Positions 27,246 to 37,203 of a stretch of DNA of 64,000 bases are shown one piece after another; within the stretch, counting starts at the first letter, position 1, and every line of letters starts with the position of its first letter. The position numbers were made by a program, and so were the translations under genes. The notes below the pieces were generated by a model that had not been told where the DNA came from, searched no databases, and saw only the letters and a program-made list of their open reading frames with translations. Origin of the DNA: Candidatus Zixiibacteriota bacterium (GTDB lineage Bacteria > Zixibacteria > MSB-5A5 > GN15 > FEB-12); the NCBI GenBank assembly GCA_040756055.1, contig JBFLZR010000002.1:86411-150410 (forward strand). The letters run 5' to 3'.

Positions 27246-29888
27246 TTACGGTATCACCGCCAGCTTGCCCCACTGGACTTCGCCGGTTGAATACTCAAGC
27301 TTGAAATAATACATGCCGACCGCCACGACATCGCCCCTGCCGTTGACTCCGTCCCAGGTCCTTCGGCCCGAACCTGCCGTCGGATAAATCCCGGCCGGAT
27401 AGTACTGATTGTCAATAACCCGACGAACGAGATTCATGGCGAAGTCATATATCTCCAGCGTCACGTAAGCATCCTGCTCGACAACGAAATGAAACTCCAC
27501 CGCCTGATCCAGCGACTGGCTGAACGGCACCGGGAACGCATATACCTCACTGGCCGGGTCAACCACAAAGAACGGTGTCTGGTCGGTGAAATCATCGAGG
27601 CTTACTCGCACCGTGCGATCATCGGTGCCAACCCAGAGGTAGTCGCCGATAACCTCAACCGCGTAAATAGGCGTCTGCGGCAGAAGAAAGGGATCCCCCA
27701 GACTGTCCTGCAAAACCAGCGTATCCCAGGCCAGGTCACCCTGAAGCAGGTTCGTTCCCTCGGCATAAATGACACCACCGTTGGTGGCCGCGAACACCCT
27801 GTCACCATCAAAGGCAAAATTCCAGGCATAGTCGTGATAAACACTGTCCCAGTTGTAAAGGTAAACGTAGTCACTGTCAACAATCGCGCCGGTCGAATCA
27901 TAAAAATAACGCCAGGCCTGATCGATCCGCCCAACAGATATACCGGTTACTCCCTCAAGCGCGGGCCGACAGGAAACCCATATGCGCGAAAGCGTGTCCT
28001 CAAGATTCTGAACCTCGATTGCCGGTATAAAATCACCGTTGATACCCTGGATCGACTGCGTGTACTGTAACACCGCATCCGGGGCGAGCGTGTCTTTGTT
28101 TACCCTTCGGATATCCCAGTTATCCCCGCGGTCAAAGGAAACGGCAAAACCATTATCCGTGCCGAGGTAAACCGTGTCACCCAGCACTTCCATGACCGTG
28201 ATAATGTCGAGGTCAAGTGAGTCTGATGGAACACCGCTCTGAAATTCTCTTACCTGGTATATCTCATCCGGATTGTCACCATCGTCCGACAGCCTGATCC
28301 TGTCCTCGGTCACGACGAAAGCCGAGTCACCGAAAAAGTTGATATCGTATGAAGTCACGCCAACCTGCATGCGGGCGAACGTTTGACCATTATTGAGCGA
28401 ACGTCCAACTATCGGCGTTCCGCTTTCCGTCATGGGCCGGTTGATTGTCCAGATCACCAGCGTATCAAGATACGTCTGAGTCTTGATCCGAATTACCTGC
28501 GCCGAACTCGAATCTGTCTCCGGAAATGTGAAGAACCGGGTCGAGTCGATTACGCCCGCCGGATCCATAAAGAGAAAACCAACGCCCGAGTCGGTTCCGA
28601 TGATCAGCGTATCCGCCCAGGTACAGAGGGCGTTGACTATACCGTGCGCGGGGTCCGGGGGCGTAAAGACCACCGGGGCCCATGATATACCGTTATCCTC
28701 GGTGACATACAGTCCCGCTTCTTCCGCCGCCATGTATAAACGGCCGTTCATAACGGTAAAGTCCTGAATTCTGTTGTTGGCGCCGGTTTCGGTGAACGAT
28801 GTCGATGTAGTGAAGCTTTCGCCAAAGTCAATCGACTCGGCCAGACCGGTGGAACTGCTGTCCAACGGATCGACCGTACCAGCATAAATGCGCCCGCCGT
28901 AGTCGATAACGCTGATCACCGCCTGCCCGGGAAGACCATCCTCTTCCATACGTGTTATATACGGACTACCGGTCTTCAAGCTGCGTGTCAGCCCCTCCTC
29001 GCCGGCAAGGTACATGAAGTTGCTGTCCTCGGGGCACGTTTCACAGAAAGCGATTCGATTGATGTGCTTATTATAGGCTTTATCCCTTGGCGCGGCAAAA
29101 ATGTATTCGAAAAAGCCTTCAGCCGTACCACCCCAGAGCAGAAGTGAATCACCGTGCGAAGTATCCACGGCACAGGAGAAATACCGGTTGCGAAACGACG
29201 GCGGCGCGCCATCTTCATTGTTGAACTGCGCGGAGTCCGCTCGTGATGAATATATCCTGCGCCAGGTTATACCGGCGTCCCGCGACGCCAGAAGTCCGCC
29301 GGCAAACGCCGTGAAGAAAAGCCAATCGTCGGCCGGATCGCCCGGATCATAATGGCCGGCGATATCATAGACTGTCCGATCTACACCAAAAACATACGGT
29401 ATGTCCAAACCGGTGGAGTCAAAAATGATCTGTGTCCAGGCGTCGCCATCGTCATCGGAATATGACACAGCGTCGGAATACTGGTACAAATCCCCCTGGA
29501 ATTCAATTTCATGCGATGTTCCCACCCAGATACGGTCTGAACTCGGACCGTTGGGCAGTGAAAAAATCGCCGACACGTTGTTGCTGACCAATCCGTTGGT
29601 ATTATCATACGACAACCATGTTTGTCCGTTATCGAAGGAGAAATTCACTCCCTCACTGGTGGCAAACCAGACACCGCCGTTGTGCTCAACGATATCAATG
29701 ACAACATTACTAATATATCCGCTGTCGGGAGCGTCGTAAGTCGTCGCGATTCCGGCCCAAACCAGACCGGGAAAGGCTACGGCCGCCAACAGACCGATCA
29801 AACAGGTACTTTTGATGGTTTTCTTTATCACATCATGCTCCAAAAAAACAGACCGTACAACCCTCGGCACGGGGTCGCACGGCGCCAC
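27246..29888 (-). CDS. secreted beta-propeller (BNR/Ycf48-like repeats) protein with T9SS C-terminal sorting domain
   Basis: Track ORF of 880 aa; the start is probably internal, near the signal KTIKSTCLIGLLAAVAFPGLVWA. Repeated ...GxxWxT/S... propeller blades. C-terminal VTLEIYDFAMNLVRRVID...GMYYFKLEYSTGEVQWGKLAVIP is a T9SS CTD. Confidence 0.7.
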   Translation of the reverse strand: MAPCDPVPRVVRSVFLEHDVIKKTIKSTCLIGLLAAVAFPGLVWAGIATTYDAPDSGYISNVVIDIVEHNGGVWFATSEGVNFSFDNGQTWLSYDNTNGLVSNNVSAIFSLPNGPSSDRIWVGTSHEIEFQGDLYQYSDAVSYSDDDGDAWTQIIFDSTGLDIPYVFGVDRTVYDIAGHYDPGDPADDWLFFTAFAGGLLASRDAGITWRRIYSSRADSAQFNNEDGAPPSFRNRYFSCAVDTSHGDSLLLWGGTAEGFFEYIFAAPRDKAYNKHINRIAFCETCPEDSNFMYLAGEEGLTRSLKTGSPYITRMEEDGLPGQAVISVIDYGGRIYAGTVDPLDSSSTGLAESIDFGESFTTSTSFTETGANNRIQDFTVMNGRLYMAAEEAGLYVTEDNGISWAPVVFTPPDPAHGIVNALCTWADTLIIGTDSGVGFLFMDPAGVIDSTRFFTFPETDSSSAQVIRIKTQTYLDTLVIWTINRPMTESGTPIVGRSLNNGQTFARMQVGVTSYDINFFGDSAFVVTEDRIRLSDDGDNPDEIYQVREFQSGVPSDSLDLDIITVMEVLGDTVYLGTDNGFAVSFDRGDNWDIRRVNKDTLAPDAVLQYTQSIQGINGDFIPAIEVQNLEDTLSRIWVSCRPALEGVTGISVGRIDQAWRYFYDSTGAIVDSDYVYLYNWDSVYHDYAWNFAFDGDRVFAATNGGVIYAEGTNLLQGDLAWDTLVLQDSLGDPFLLPQTPIYAVEVIGDYLWVGTDDRTVRVSLDDFTDQTPFFVVDPASEVYAFPVPFSQSLDQAVEFHFVVEQDAYVTLEIYDFAMNLVRRVIDNQYYPAGIYPTAGSGRRTWDGVNGRGDVVAVGMYYFKLEYSTGEVQWGKLAVIP

Positions 29889-30049
29889 AATGATTACTTT
29901 ACTAATTAAGGGTCATCTAATCCAATGTTCTCGTTACCGACTCAGGGACGAAAATACCCAAAAATGCCTGCGGAAGCAAGATAATTAAGCCGGTCTTGAG
30001 TGGTTCAGTTGGTAGTTATAACCCGTCTGAAGGCAAAGGTTTCCGAAAA

Positions 30050-31483
30050 TCACCGGGCGAGGCTTTTTTCGAAAGTGACGGCGTTTAAGAGGGAGTCCAC
30101 GTAGAAGTAGTTTTCCAGGTGGAAAGGAACATAAATCAACTTGACCCCTCGCGGGGCGAAGGTTGCGGCCGACTCCTGCGCCCTGCGGGGCGATGAATAG
30201 CTCTGCCGGTAAATAATCACGTCGGCCAACATCAGGGCCTCATCAAGGCTAATCCTAACAGGATCGTAACTGTCGTCAAAATTCTCCACCGCCTCCATTT
30301 CAAGTCTCGGCAGAGCCGGGGATATCCGCCTGGCGAGCCGATACATGGCGTCGAAATTACGGGTCTTAAAGGCCGGTATTACCAACTGGTTGGAGTTGTG
30401 GACTCCCCCAAACATGGCTTTTACCCGCCTGGCGTCCTCATCGGGAATAGTAAAGGCCCAGAATGGGAACGCCCGGTCCCCGGGCAAGTCACTTCCCGTC
30501 GCCCGAAAGACCTGATCGACTATCCCGTCATTTCCGCCTATTACCACCAGCTGCTGGCAATTGTGGCAAATATAAACCCACGATTGCTCCGGCGGCAGGT
30601 CCAGCCCGCAATTGGGACAGCGGTGATGTTCCACTGATAAAGCCCCAAACTCGATATCCGGGCTCTCGGGGTAATCGGCCTGCCTGTCGGTATCGAGTTG
30701 GCGAACATGATCGAGCACTCTGCCCGAAACACCATCTACCACGTACCGGTTAAAACCACCCTGAGTGTAAGATTCGAAAACCAGAAATGGGAAATAAACC
30801 AGCGAGGCCTTGGGATGAAACAACTCGGTTACGTTTTTGCCGAAACTGGCCGGGTCAACATCGGAGATAATCCCCATCTTCGTCTTCAAGTCCGCACGGA
30901 CATCCTCCCAGGTGGTGACAATCGGCAGGGAGTCAAAATCCTCCTGAAGATTCTCCACTGAGTACGGAAGCATCCTGATATATTCCGCCCGCATGCCGAT
31001 CGATGCCGGCACACCGTCAAAGTATGACCCCGCGGCGCAGGTGGCGATATAAGGCGTGAGGTTGATTTCGGTCCGTTCGTGTGTCACCGATACCGGATCG
31101 TTGTACTCACTCTCGGCGACAACTACCCGCTCATACGCCTTGTTGCGCAACTTGAACAGAATAGCGTCAACTTTCCAATAGGGGTAATAGACCTGCTTGA
31201 GAGCCATCCCCGAAGCTGTCAGGGGCAAATCGTTCTTTTTGAGATATCGGTCGATACTGAAACGGGCTTCCCGCCTGTCGATCTTGGCGGGTACAAAATA
31301 CGCGGTAGGCACATCGGGCATCACTACCCTGTGTACCGAACCGCAATGGTCGCACTTCAGGACAAAAAAATCCTCGTTGAGCTCGAGGCCACTGCCGCAA
31401 CCCGGGCACGTGACCTCGATATAAAAGCCGCTCTTACGATTTTTGGTCTCGGTCTGCATCAACTGCCTTTCCACACTCACCAC
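30050..31483 (-). CDS. double zinc-ribbon protein with repeated ~150-aa modules (YdjG/DUF4178-like?)
   Basis: Track ORF of 477 aa, GTG start. Overlaps the upstream gene by about 50 nt. CPGCGS...CDHCGS and CPNCG...CHNCQ ribbons, each followed by a module containing (V/I)Y(F/V)PF motifs. Confidence 0.6.
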   Translation of the reverse strand: MVSVERQLMQTETKNRKSGFYIEVTCPGCGSGLELNEDFFVLKCDHCGSVHRVVMPDVPTAYFVPAKIDRREARFSIDRYLKKNDLPLTASGMALKQVYYPYWKVDAILFKLRNKAYERVVVAESEYNDPVSVTHERTEINLTPYIATCAAGSYFDGVPASIGMRAEYIRMLPYSVENLQEDFDSLPIVTTWEDVRADLKTKMGIISDVDPASFGKNVTELFHPKASLVYFPFLVFESYTQGGFNRYVVDGVSGRVLDHVRQLDTDRQADYPESPDIEFGALSVEHHRCPNCGLDLPPEQSWVYICHNCQQLVVIGGNDGIVDQVFRATGSDLPGDRAFPFWAFTIPDEDARRVKAMFGGVHNSNQLVIPAFKTRNFDAMYRLARRISPALPRLEMEAVENFDDSYDPVRISLDEALMLADVIIYRQSYSSPRRAQESAATFAPRGVKLIYVPFHLENYFYVDSLLNAVTFEKSLAR

Positions 31484-32567
31484 AGAACTTGGAACCGGGG
31501 ATTAACTTTGCCGAACAATGCGGGCAGGTCGGCTTGGTATCAAGCTTGTAGCCGCAATGCAGACAGAAATTAGCCTCGGTGGGAAGGTCGTGCTGGCAGG
31601 AAGGACACTTGTTGGTGGTATACATCTGATGGCCGCACCGGTAGCAAAAACGCGACTGCTCCGGCGTATCGGTATGGCATTTCGGACAGGTCACGGTCGC
31701 GACCGGCTCACGGCGAAGTTCGGTTTGCTCGGGGGCAAACGCCCTGGTCATCATTCCCGGAACCATTAAACCAACGCCCGCGCCGACTCCAATACCGGCT
31801 CCGGCGCTGGCCGTTCCGCCGGGGGTACCGAGCCCTTGGGCCATCTCGAATTTGAGGAACTTGTCCAGATCGCCCACCGCTTCCATTCCGGAACGTTTGT
31901 CGATAAGCTTGCTCACTTCATCGGGCGGAGTGATCGACGAAATATAAAAATCGACCAGCTCCAGACCATACTGGTCAAATTCATTGGTGACGCTCTTCTT
32001 GAAATCCGCCGCCAATTCAGTGTAGATGGCCGGCAGATCGAGAATCGAATCCAGATTCTCACCCAGCATATCGTTGAGACGGGCAATAATCACGTCTCTG
32101 AGATAATCCTGGATGTCAGCGGTGGTATAGCGCGACTGACGACCCACGATTGAGTTCAAAAACAACACCGGCTCCTTGATTCTCATCGTGAAGGCGCCGT
32201 GTCCACGAAGCCTGATCAACCCAAGTTTACTATCCTGGAATGTTACCGGGTGCTTGGTACCCCACTTCAACTCCGTGAAGACCTTCAGGTTGATAAAGTA
32301 AACCTCCGCCCGAAACGGCGAATTGAACCCGAACGGGAACGCCAAAAGCCGCGTCAAAATCGGAACGTTGAGCGTCGACAGCGTGTGTCTTCCGCAAGTA
32401 AACGAATCAGCCGCGTGACCATCCTTGAAAAATATCGCCATCTGGCTGTCTCGGACAATAAGCTGCGCGCCCAATTTGAAATCGGCAGATCCCTGTTGGG
32501 GAATTCGGTGAATCATCTCATCACCGGAAGGATCCATCCACTCAATTACCTCAATTAATAACGACAT
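31434..32567 (-). CDS. SPFH/band-7 domain protein with three C-terminal zinc ribbons (COG4260 / YdjI-like)
   Basis: Track ORF of 377 aa. SPFH-like N-domain ([16 protein letters not shown]...), a Gly-rich linker, then CPKCH..CYRCGH, CPSCQH..CLHCGY and CPHCSA..CGECG ribbons. Confidence 0.75.
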   Translation of the reverse strand: MSLLIEVIEWMDPSGDEMIHRIPQQGSADFKLGAQLIVRDSQMAIFFKDGHAADSFTCGRHTLSTLNVPILTRLLAFPFGFNSPFRAEVYFINLKVFTELKWGTKHPVTFQDSKLGLIRLRGHGAFTMRIKEPVLFLNSIVGRQSRYTTADIQDYLRDVIIARLNDMLGENLDSILDLPAIYTELAADFKKSVTNEFDQYGLELVDFYISSITPPDEVSKLIDKRSGMEAVGDLDKFLKFEMAQGLGTPGGTASAGAGIGVGAGVGLMVPGMMTRAFAPEQTELRREPVATVTCPKCHTDTPEQSRFCYRCGHQMYTTNKCPSCQHDLPTEANFCLHCGYKLDTKPTCPHCSAKLIPGSKFCGECGKAVDADRDQKS

Positions 32568-32715
32568 GATATCTCCTGCCTGGGATAATTAGATGTTTGG
32601 TATTATTTTCGTCAGTTTCGCCGATTTCTTAAACCGGGCTATCGCACCCTGAAAGCCCTATCCACTCGCAGCCGGAAACTACTGCCTTACAAAACGTTGC
32701 TGACTCAAAAATAAT

Positions 32716-32744
32716 TTGACACTTTTGAGCCGCTGGCGTATATA
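32716..32744 (+). promoter_or_regulatory. candidate sigma70 promoter for the PKD lipoprotein gene (TTGACA-N17-TATATA)
   Basis: ttgaca at 32716..32721, a 17-nt spacer, tatata at 32739..32744; ATG at 32788. Confidence 0.45.
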
Positions 32745-32787
32745 AGCAAGTAAACCAGAACCGCTAGCTCGAAGGGAATATTATCCA

Positions 32788-34233
32788 ATGCCAATAAGAC
32801 GATTGCTGCTGCTCTTTGCTCTGTCTGCCTTACTAATCATCGCCATACAAACAGGTTGCGACGAACTGATTACCGAAGTCATAGAGATCGAAGACACGAT
32901 TCCGGGAGCCCCTTACGCCCAATTTTCTCTGGCCGATAGCACACCGCCCATCGGTTGCGAGCCATGCATGGTTCAATTTGTCGACGAGTCACACGGCCCC
33001 CGTCAGATTTACACCTGGGCCTTTGGCGACGGTGACACGCTGGTCGAGACCATACCGGCCGACTCGACCATCATTTACCAGGCGCCATCCCACATTTACC
33101 TTGAAGCGGGACTCTATACCCCCACACTCACTCTACTCGATACGATAGGCGGCGGCTCGGACAGGGCCACGGCTACGGACGGATCTGTTTATGTCGGAGC
33201 GACCGACGCCAGATTTTCGGCTTCGAAGTCTGTCCAGTGCACCGGTGGTGAGATTGCATTCACGCCGCTGACTTACCACTCAAGTATCAACTACCTGTGG
33301 GATTTCGGCGACAGCAATGTTTCGTTTTTATGGAATCCCACCCACGTATATGAAGACACAGGCATCTTTTCGGTCACTCTGACAGCTACAGACACCTGCG
33401 GCCAAGGAGTGTATTCACTCGATGTCGATATATCGAATTGCCCAACGGTGCTGTTTGCGGCCTCGGACAGCTTTGTCTGCACAAACGATGAAATCACGTT
33501 TATGGACTTATCTCAGCCGGGCGACGGCGAGGTCCTCACGCCCGAAAGCCAGCTCTGGAGTTTCGGCGATGGCACAGTCGCAAACGGTATTGCTAATCCC
33601 ACCCACGCGTACCTGTACGCCGGTGACTATACCGTGAAGTTAACTGTTCAAAGCACCGGTGGGGCAGCTACCGATTCCATAATTGGCTTTATCCACGTGT
33701 CAAGCGCAACTGAGGCCGCCTTCAACGTGGTTGGATCCACTTCGGCGTGTAAAACCGACTTCCAGCAGTTCCAGGTTAAATTCGAAGATGCCTCGACCGG
33801 AGCCTTTGACAGCTTAAGGTGGTATTTCGGCGATGGCTTCACGGACACCGGACACACAGTCATCCACGCATATATAGAAACCGGAGTGTACACCTGTACG
33901 CTCGCCGCCTATGGACCCTGCGGAGCAGATACGCTGGTTGAGGACAGCCTCATCTTTCTCTGCGACACGCTGGTGGCGGACAACATCATCATTCAGGTGG
34001 ATACTTTATCCGGAGATGGTCTGCCGGGCAGCGTATTTCAGTTCACCGATGCTTCCGTACTCGGCATCGTTACCACCCGGGCCTGGTATCTGGGTGAAAC
34101 ATCACTTGGACAGAATGTACCACAGATAAGTGCCACCGCAGATACGGCAGGCACCTACTGGATTAAGCTGATACAAAGCAACAACTGTGGTTCGGTAGCC
34201 GATTCGGTAGAATTGATAGTGCCGGCATTATAA
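32788..34233 (+). CDS. PKD-repeat lipoprotein
   Basis: Track ORF of 481 aa. Lipobox IQTGC. Four or more PKD-type repeats with W(A/D/S/Y)FGDG cores. Confidence 0.8.
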   Translation: MPIRRLLLLFALSALLIIAIQTGCDELITEVIEIEDTIPGAPYAQFSLADSTPPIGCEPCMVQFVDESHGPRQIYTWAFGDGDTLVETIPADSTIIYQAPSHIYLEAGLYTPTLTLLDTIGGGSDRATATDGSVYVGATDARFSASKSVQCTGGEIAFTPLTYHSSINYLWDFGDSNVSFLWNPTHVYEDTGIFSVTLTATDTCGQGVYSLDVDISNCPTVLFAASDSFVCTNDEITFMDLSQPGDGEVLTPESQLWSFGDGTVANGIANPTHAYLYAGDYTVKLTVQSTGGAATDSIIGFIHVSSATEAAFNVVGSTSACKTDFQQFQVKFEDASTGAFDSLRWYFGDGFTDTGHTVIHAYIETGVYTCTLAAYGPCGADTLVEDSLIFLCDTLVADNIIIQVDTLSGDGLPGSVFQFTDASVLGIVTTRAWYLGETSLGQNVPQISATADTAGTYWIKLIQSNNCGSVADSVELIVPAL

Positions 34234-34264
34234 AAAAACAGGCGCGATCCCACCAAAATAGCGA

Positions 34265-34292
34265 AAGCCCGCCAAACGGCGGGCTTTCTTTG
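34265..34292. terminator. bidirectional rho-independent terminator (GCCCGCC-aaac-GGCGGGC + TTTCTTT)
   Basis: Lies between the convergent genes ending at 34233 (+) and 34325 (-). Confidence 0.55.
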
Positions 34293-34324
34293 TGTCAGTC
34301 AAAAGTGTCTGAAGGACTTTTCTA

Positions 34325-35284
34325 TCAGCCCAGCTCCTCTTTGAACTTCTTCGTAAGAGCCGGAACAATCTCAAACGCGTCACCAACAATACCGTAAGTG
34401 GCGATATTGAATATGGGCGCATCCTTGTCTTTGTTCACCGCGACTATCGTCCGGGAGGTCTGCATTCCGACCAGGTGCTGAATAGCGCCGGAGATACCGA
34501 CGGCTATGTATAGTTTCGGATTGACGGTCTTACCCGTCTGACCGACCTGATTCGAATATGCCGTCCATCCGGCGTCGACAATCGCTCTCGAAGCGCCAAA
34601 GGCGCCCTTGAGGACGTTGGCCAGGTCCTGAACCATCGGAAGATTCTCCCCACCCTTGAGGCCTCTTCCCGCCGCGACAATTACATCCGCTTCGGTGAGA
34701 TTAACAGCGCCCGATGATTCAACCTTCGCCTCTTTCACCACCATCTTCGATTCGAATACGCTGCCGTCCACCCTCTCTTCAACAACTTCTCCGGCGCCAT
34801 CTTTCGACTCCGGATACACCTTCATTCTTACGGTTGCGAGAAACGGCTTATCACTGTTGTTGACCACCTCGGCGATGACCGACCCGCCATAACTCGGGCG
34901 CGTCGCCGTCAATTTATCGCCTTTCAAAGTGAGCGCGGTAATATCAGAGACCATCGGCGCGTCCATCGCTGCCGCAAGTCTGGCAAACAAGGCCTTTCCG
35001 TAAAACGAAGCCGACCCGATAATAACATCCGGCGAATACTTCGCGATCAACTGGGACAGGGTCTTTACGTAAATATCATCATTGAAATACCTGAACTGCG
35101 GGGCAGAAACCGCCAGAACTTTGCCGCCGCCGCGCGCCGCCAGATCTGAAGCCATCGGCTTGGCATCCTCGGCCAGAATAGCCGTGAAAACCTCTCCACC
35201 CAGCGACTTAGCCGCCTCGATCAACTCATACGAAGCTGCCAGAAGCTTGCCATCCTTTTGCGTTGCTATCGTAAATATCTTCAT
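34325..35284 (-). CDS. etfA: electron-transfer flavoprotein alpha subunit EtfA
   Basis: Track ORF of 319 aa. C-terminal FAD-binding signature IAVGISGAIQHLVGM...VAVNKDKDAPIF...YGIVGD. Confidence 0.85.
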   Translation of the reverse strand: MKIFTIATQKDGKLLAASYELIEAAKSLGGEVFTAILAEDAKPMASDLAARGGGKVLAVSAPQFRYFNDDIYVKTLSQLIAKYSPDVIIGSASFYGKALFARLAAAMDAPMVSDITALTLKGDKLTATRPSYGGSVIAEVVNNSDKPFLATVRMKVYPESKDGAGEVVEERVDGSVFESKMVVKEAKVESSGAVNLTEADVIVAAGRGLKGGENLPMVQDLANVLKGAFGASRAIVDAGWTAYSNQVGQTGKTVNPKLYIAVGISGAIQHLVGMQTSRTIVAVNKDKDAPIFNIATYGIVGDAFEIVPALTKKFKEELG

Positions 35285-35416
35285 CTCAATACCTTACTTG
35301 TAAACAAAGGTGATACTACAATTTAGATGAATATAAAATGACTGACCCGCTAAGGCAACTGTTTTGGGCGGTGGAAATCGGATTTTTTCGCCAATCAACG
35401 CTACCGAAGAATATCA

Positions 35417-36388
35417 TCAGGCTTGCTTGGCAAGATACTCCGTGAAAATTACATCTATGTCGTCCAGACGAGAAACCTGAAACAGCTTGGGGCGAAGCTG
35501 GCCGGCACCGGGCAATCCCTTGACATACCATCCCAGATGTTTTCGCATCTTGACAACACCCCGTTCTTCCCCGTACTGCTCAGCAACCAGGCGAGCATGA
35601 AGTTTTGCGGTTTCCAACTTTTCAACGAGTGTTGGCTCCGCTTCGAGATTGCCGCTTTTTAAATATACGTTCATTTGTCTGAAAATAAACGGGTTGCCCA
35701 GCGCCGCACGCCCCACCATGACAGCATCACAGCCCGTTTCGTCAAACATCCTCTTCGCGTCAATAGGCGTGAAGACATCGCCGTTGCCGATAACAGCGAT
35801 ATTCACGGCCTCTTTCAGCTTTGCGATAGCGGACCAGTCGGCAAGACCCGAAAAGCCCCCTGCCCGGCTTCGAGCATGAAGCGTTATGGCCTTTACACCG
35901 CATTTCTCGGCAAGCTCACCGACCCGAAGATAGACCGGATTCTTCTCTTCCCATCCCGTCCGAATCTTTATGGTAACCGGTATATCTCCCGCTCCCTCAA
36001 CAGCAGCCTTCATAATATCTTCAGTCAGAACAAGATCCTTCAGCACCGCCGCGCCGCCATTTTTGTTTACCACTTTCTTGACCGGACAACCAAAATTAAT
36101 ATCAATAATATCCGGTTTGTACTCCCTTGCTGTTATTCGCGCGGCCTGCCCAATCACTTCCGGATTCGCGCCAAATAACTGAATTCCAATCGGTTGTTCA
36201 TCTGACTGGAATTGCATTAACTCCATGGTCTTGCTCTGTCTTCTGACAACTCCTTCAGAGGAAACCATTTCGGTGTAGGTTACGGCGGCTCCGGACCGTA
36301 TGGCGAGCACGCGAAAAGGCCGACTTGAAATACCCGCCAGCGGAGCCTGCAAGACTGCTCTGTTAAGGTTTAAGTTTCCCATCCTCAT
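35417..36388 (-). CDS. dusB: tRNA-dihydrouridine synthase DusB
   Basis: Track ORF of 323 aa. LAPLAGISSRPFR, DINFGCP and ITLHARSR Dus-family motifs. Confidence 0.85.
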   Translation of the reverse strand: MRMGNLNLNRAVLQAPLAGISSRPFRVLAIRSGAAVTYTEMVSSEGVVRRQSKTMELMQFQSDEQPIGIQLFGANPEVIGQAARITAREYKPDIIDINFGCPVKKVVNKNGGAAVLKDLVLTEDIMKAAVEGAGDIPVTIKIRTGWEEKNPVYLRVGELAEKCGVKAITLHARSRAGGFSGLADWSAIAKLKEAVNIAVIGNGDVFTPIDAKRMFDETGCDAVMVGRAALGNPFIFRQMNVYLKSGNLEAEPTLVEKLETAKLHARLVAEQYGEERGVVKMRKHLGWYVKGLPGAGQLRPKLFQVSRLDDIDVIFTEYLAKQA

Positions 36389-36507
36389 GCCGATAATATA
36401 ACTAAGTCATTATTGGACAACAAGGGATGTAATTGCATCCCGAGATGGATCTCACTGCGATATAAAAAGAAAAACAAAAGAATAACATATACCGAAAGGG
36501 TCTACCC

Positions 36508-37203
36508 ATGGCCGAAATAATCGTCAAATTCGATGATAAGGTCATTGAAAGAATCGTGACCGAAAAAAAGCGCCTGTCAATCGGCCGCACGAAGGACAAT
36601 GACATTGTTCTGGAAAACCGCGGTGTCTCGCGCAAACATGCCCTCATTGAGTTCAACGACAAAGCCGCTATCGTCATTGACAACGAATCACTCAATGGAA
36701 CCTTCGTTAACAACCGCAAAATTACCGAGGAAGTTCTGCGCGATGATGACGTTATCACGATAGGCAAGTACTCCCTGGTATATCACAGCGAGGCCAATCA
36801 GGAACATGACACCGCTAATGATTTCGACGGTACCATGATTCTGAACACCAAGCGGCAGAAGAAGCTTCTGGAGAACGACAAAGTCGAGAAACAAATCGTC
36901 TCCAAATACGGAGGCTCGGTCCTTCTCGGCGAAGAGAACACGGATTTTTCGGAGTTCAAGCTGGATCGCGATGTAATCACTATCGGAAAAGCCAAGTTCG
37001 TCCACATCAAAGCCAAGGGTTTCTGGCTTTCAGCCATCCAGGCGAAAATCACAAAGGAGAACAATTCCCACGTATTAACCAATCTCGGTAAGAAAGGTAA
37101 AACGTTGGTGAACGGAGAGCCGGTCACGGTGTGCAACCTCAAAAACGGCGACCTGATCACTGTCGGAAAATCGACCTTCAAATACGTGGAAGGAAGCAAG
37201 TAA
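36508..37203 (+). CDS. tandem-FHA-domain protein
   Basis: Track ORF of 231 aa. First FHA: SIGRTKDNDIVLENRGVSRKHALIEF...NGTFVNNRKI. Second FHA-like: ITIGKAKFVHI...NGEPV...ITVGKSTF. Confidence 0.8.
   Translation: MAEIIVKFDDKVIERIVTEKKRLSIGRTKDNDIVLENRGVSRKHALIEFNDKAAIVIDNESLNGTFVNNRKITEEVLRDDDVITIGKYSLVYHSEANQEHDTANDFDGTMILNTKRQKKLLENDKVEKQIVSKYGGSVLLGEENTDFSEFKLDRDVITIGKAKFVHIKAKGFWLSAIQAKITKENNSHVLTNLGKKGKTLVNGEPVTVCNLKNGDLITVGKSTFKYVEGSK

Noticed and set aside
29991-30031. tRNA-like sequence GGTTCAGTTGGTAG (D-loop-like) in the intergenic region after the zinc-ribbon gene
   Set aside because: The flanks cannot be folded into an acceptor stem, anticodon arm or T-arm. GGTT...AACC forms only a simple hairpin with a 14-nt loop. 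Most likely this is a chance match or a decayed fragment.
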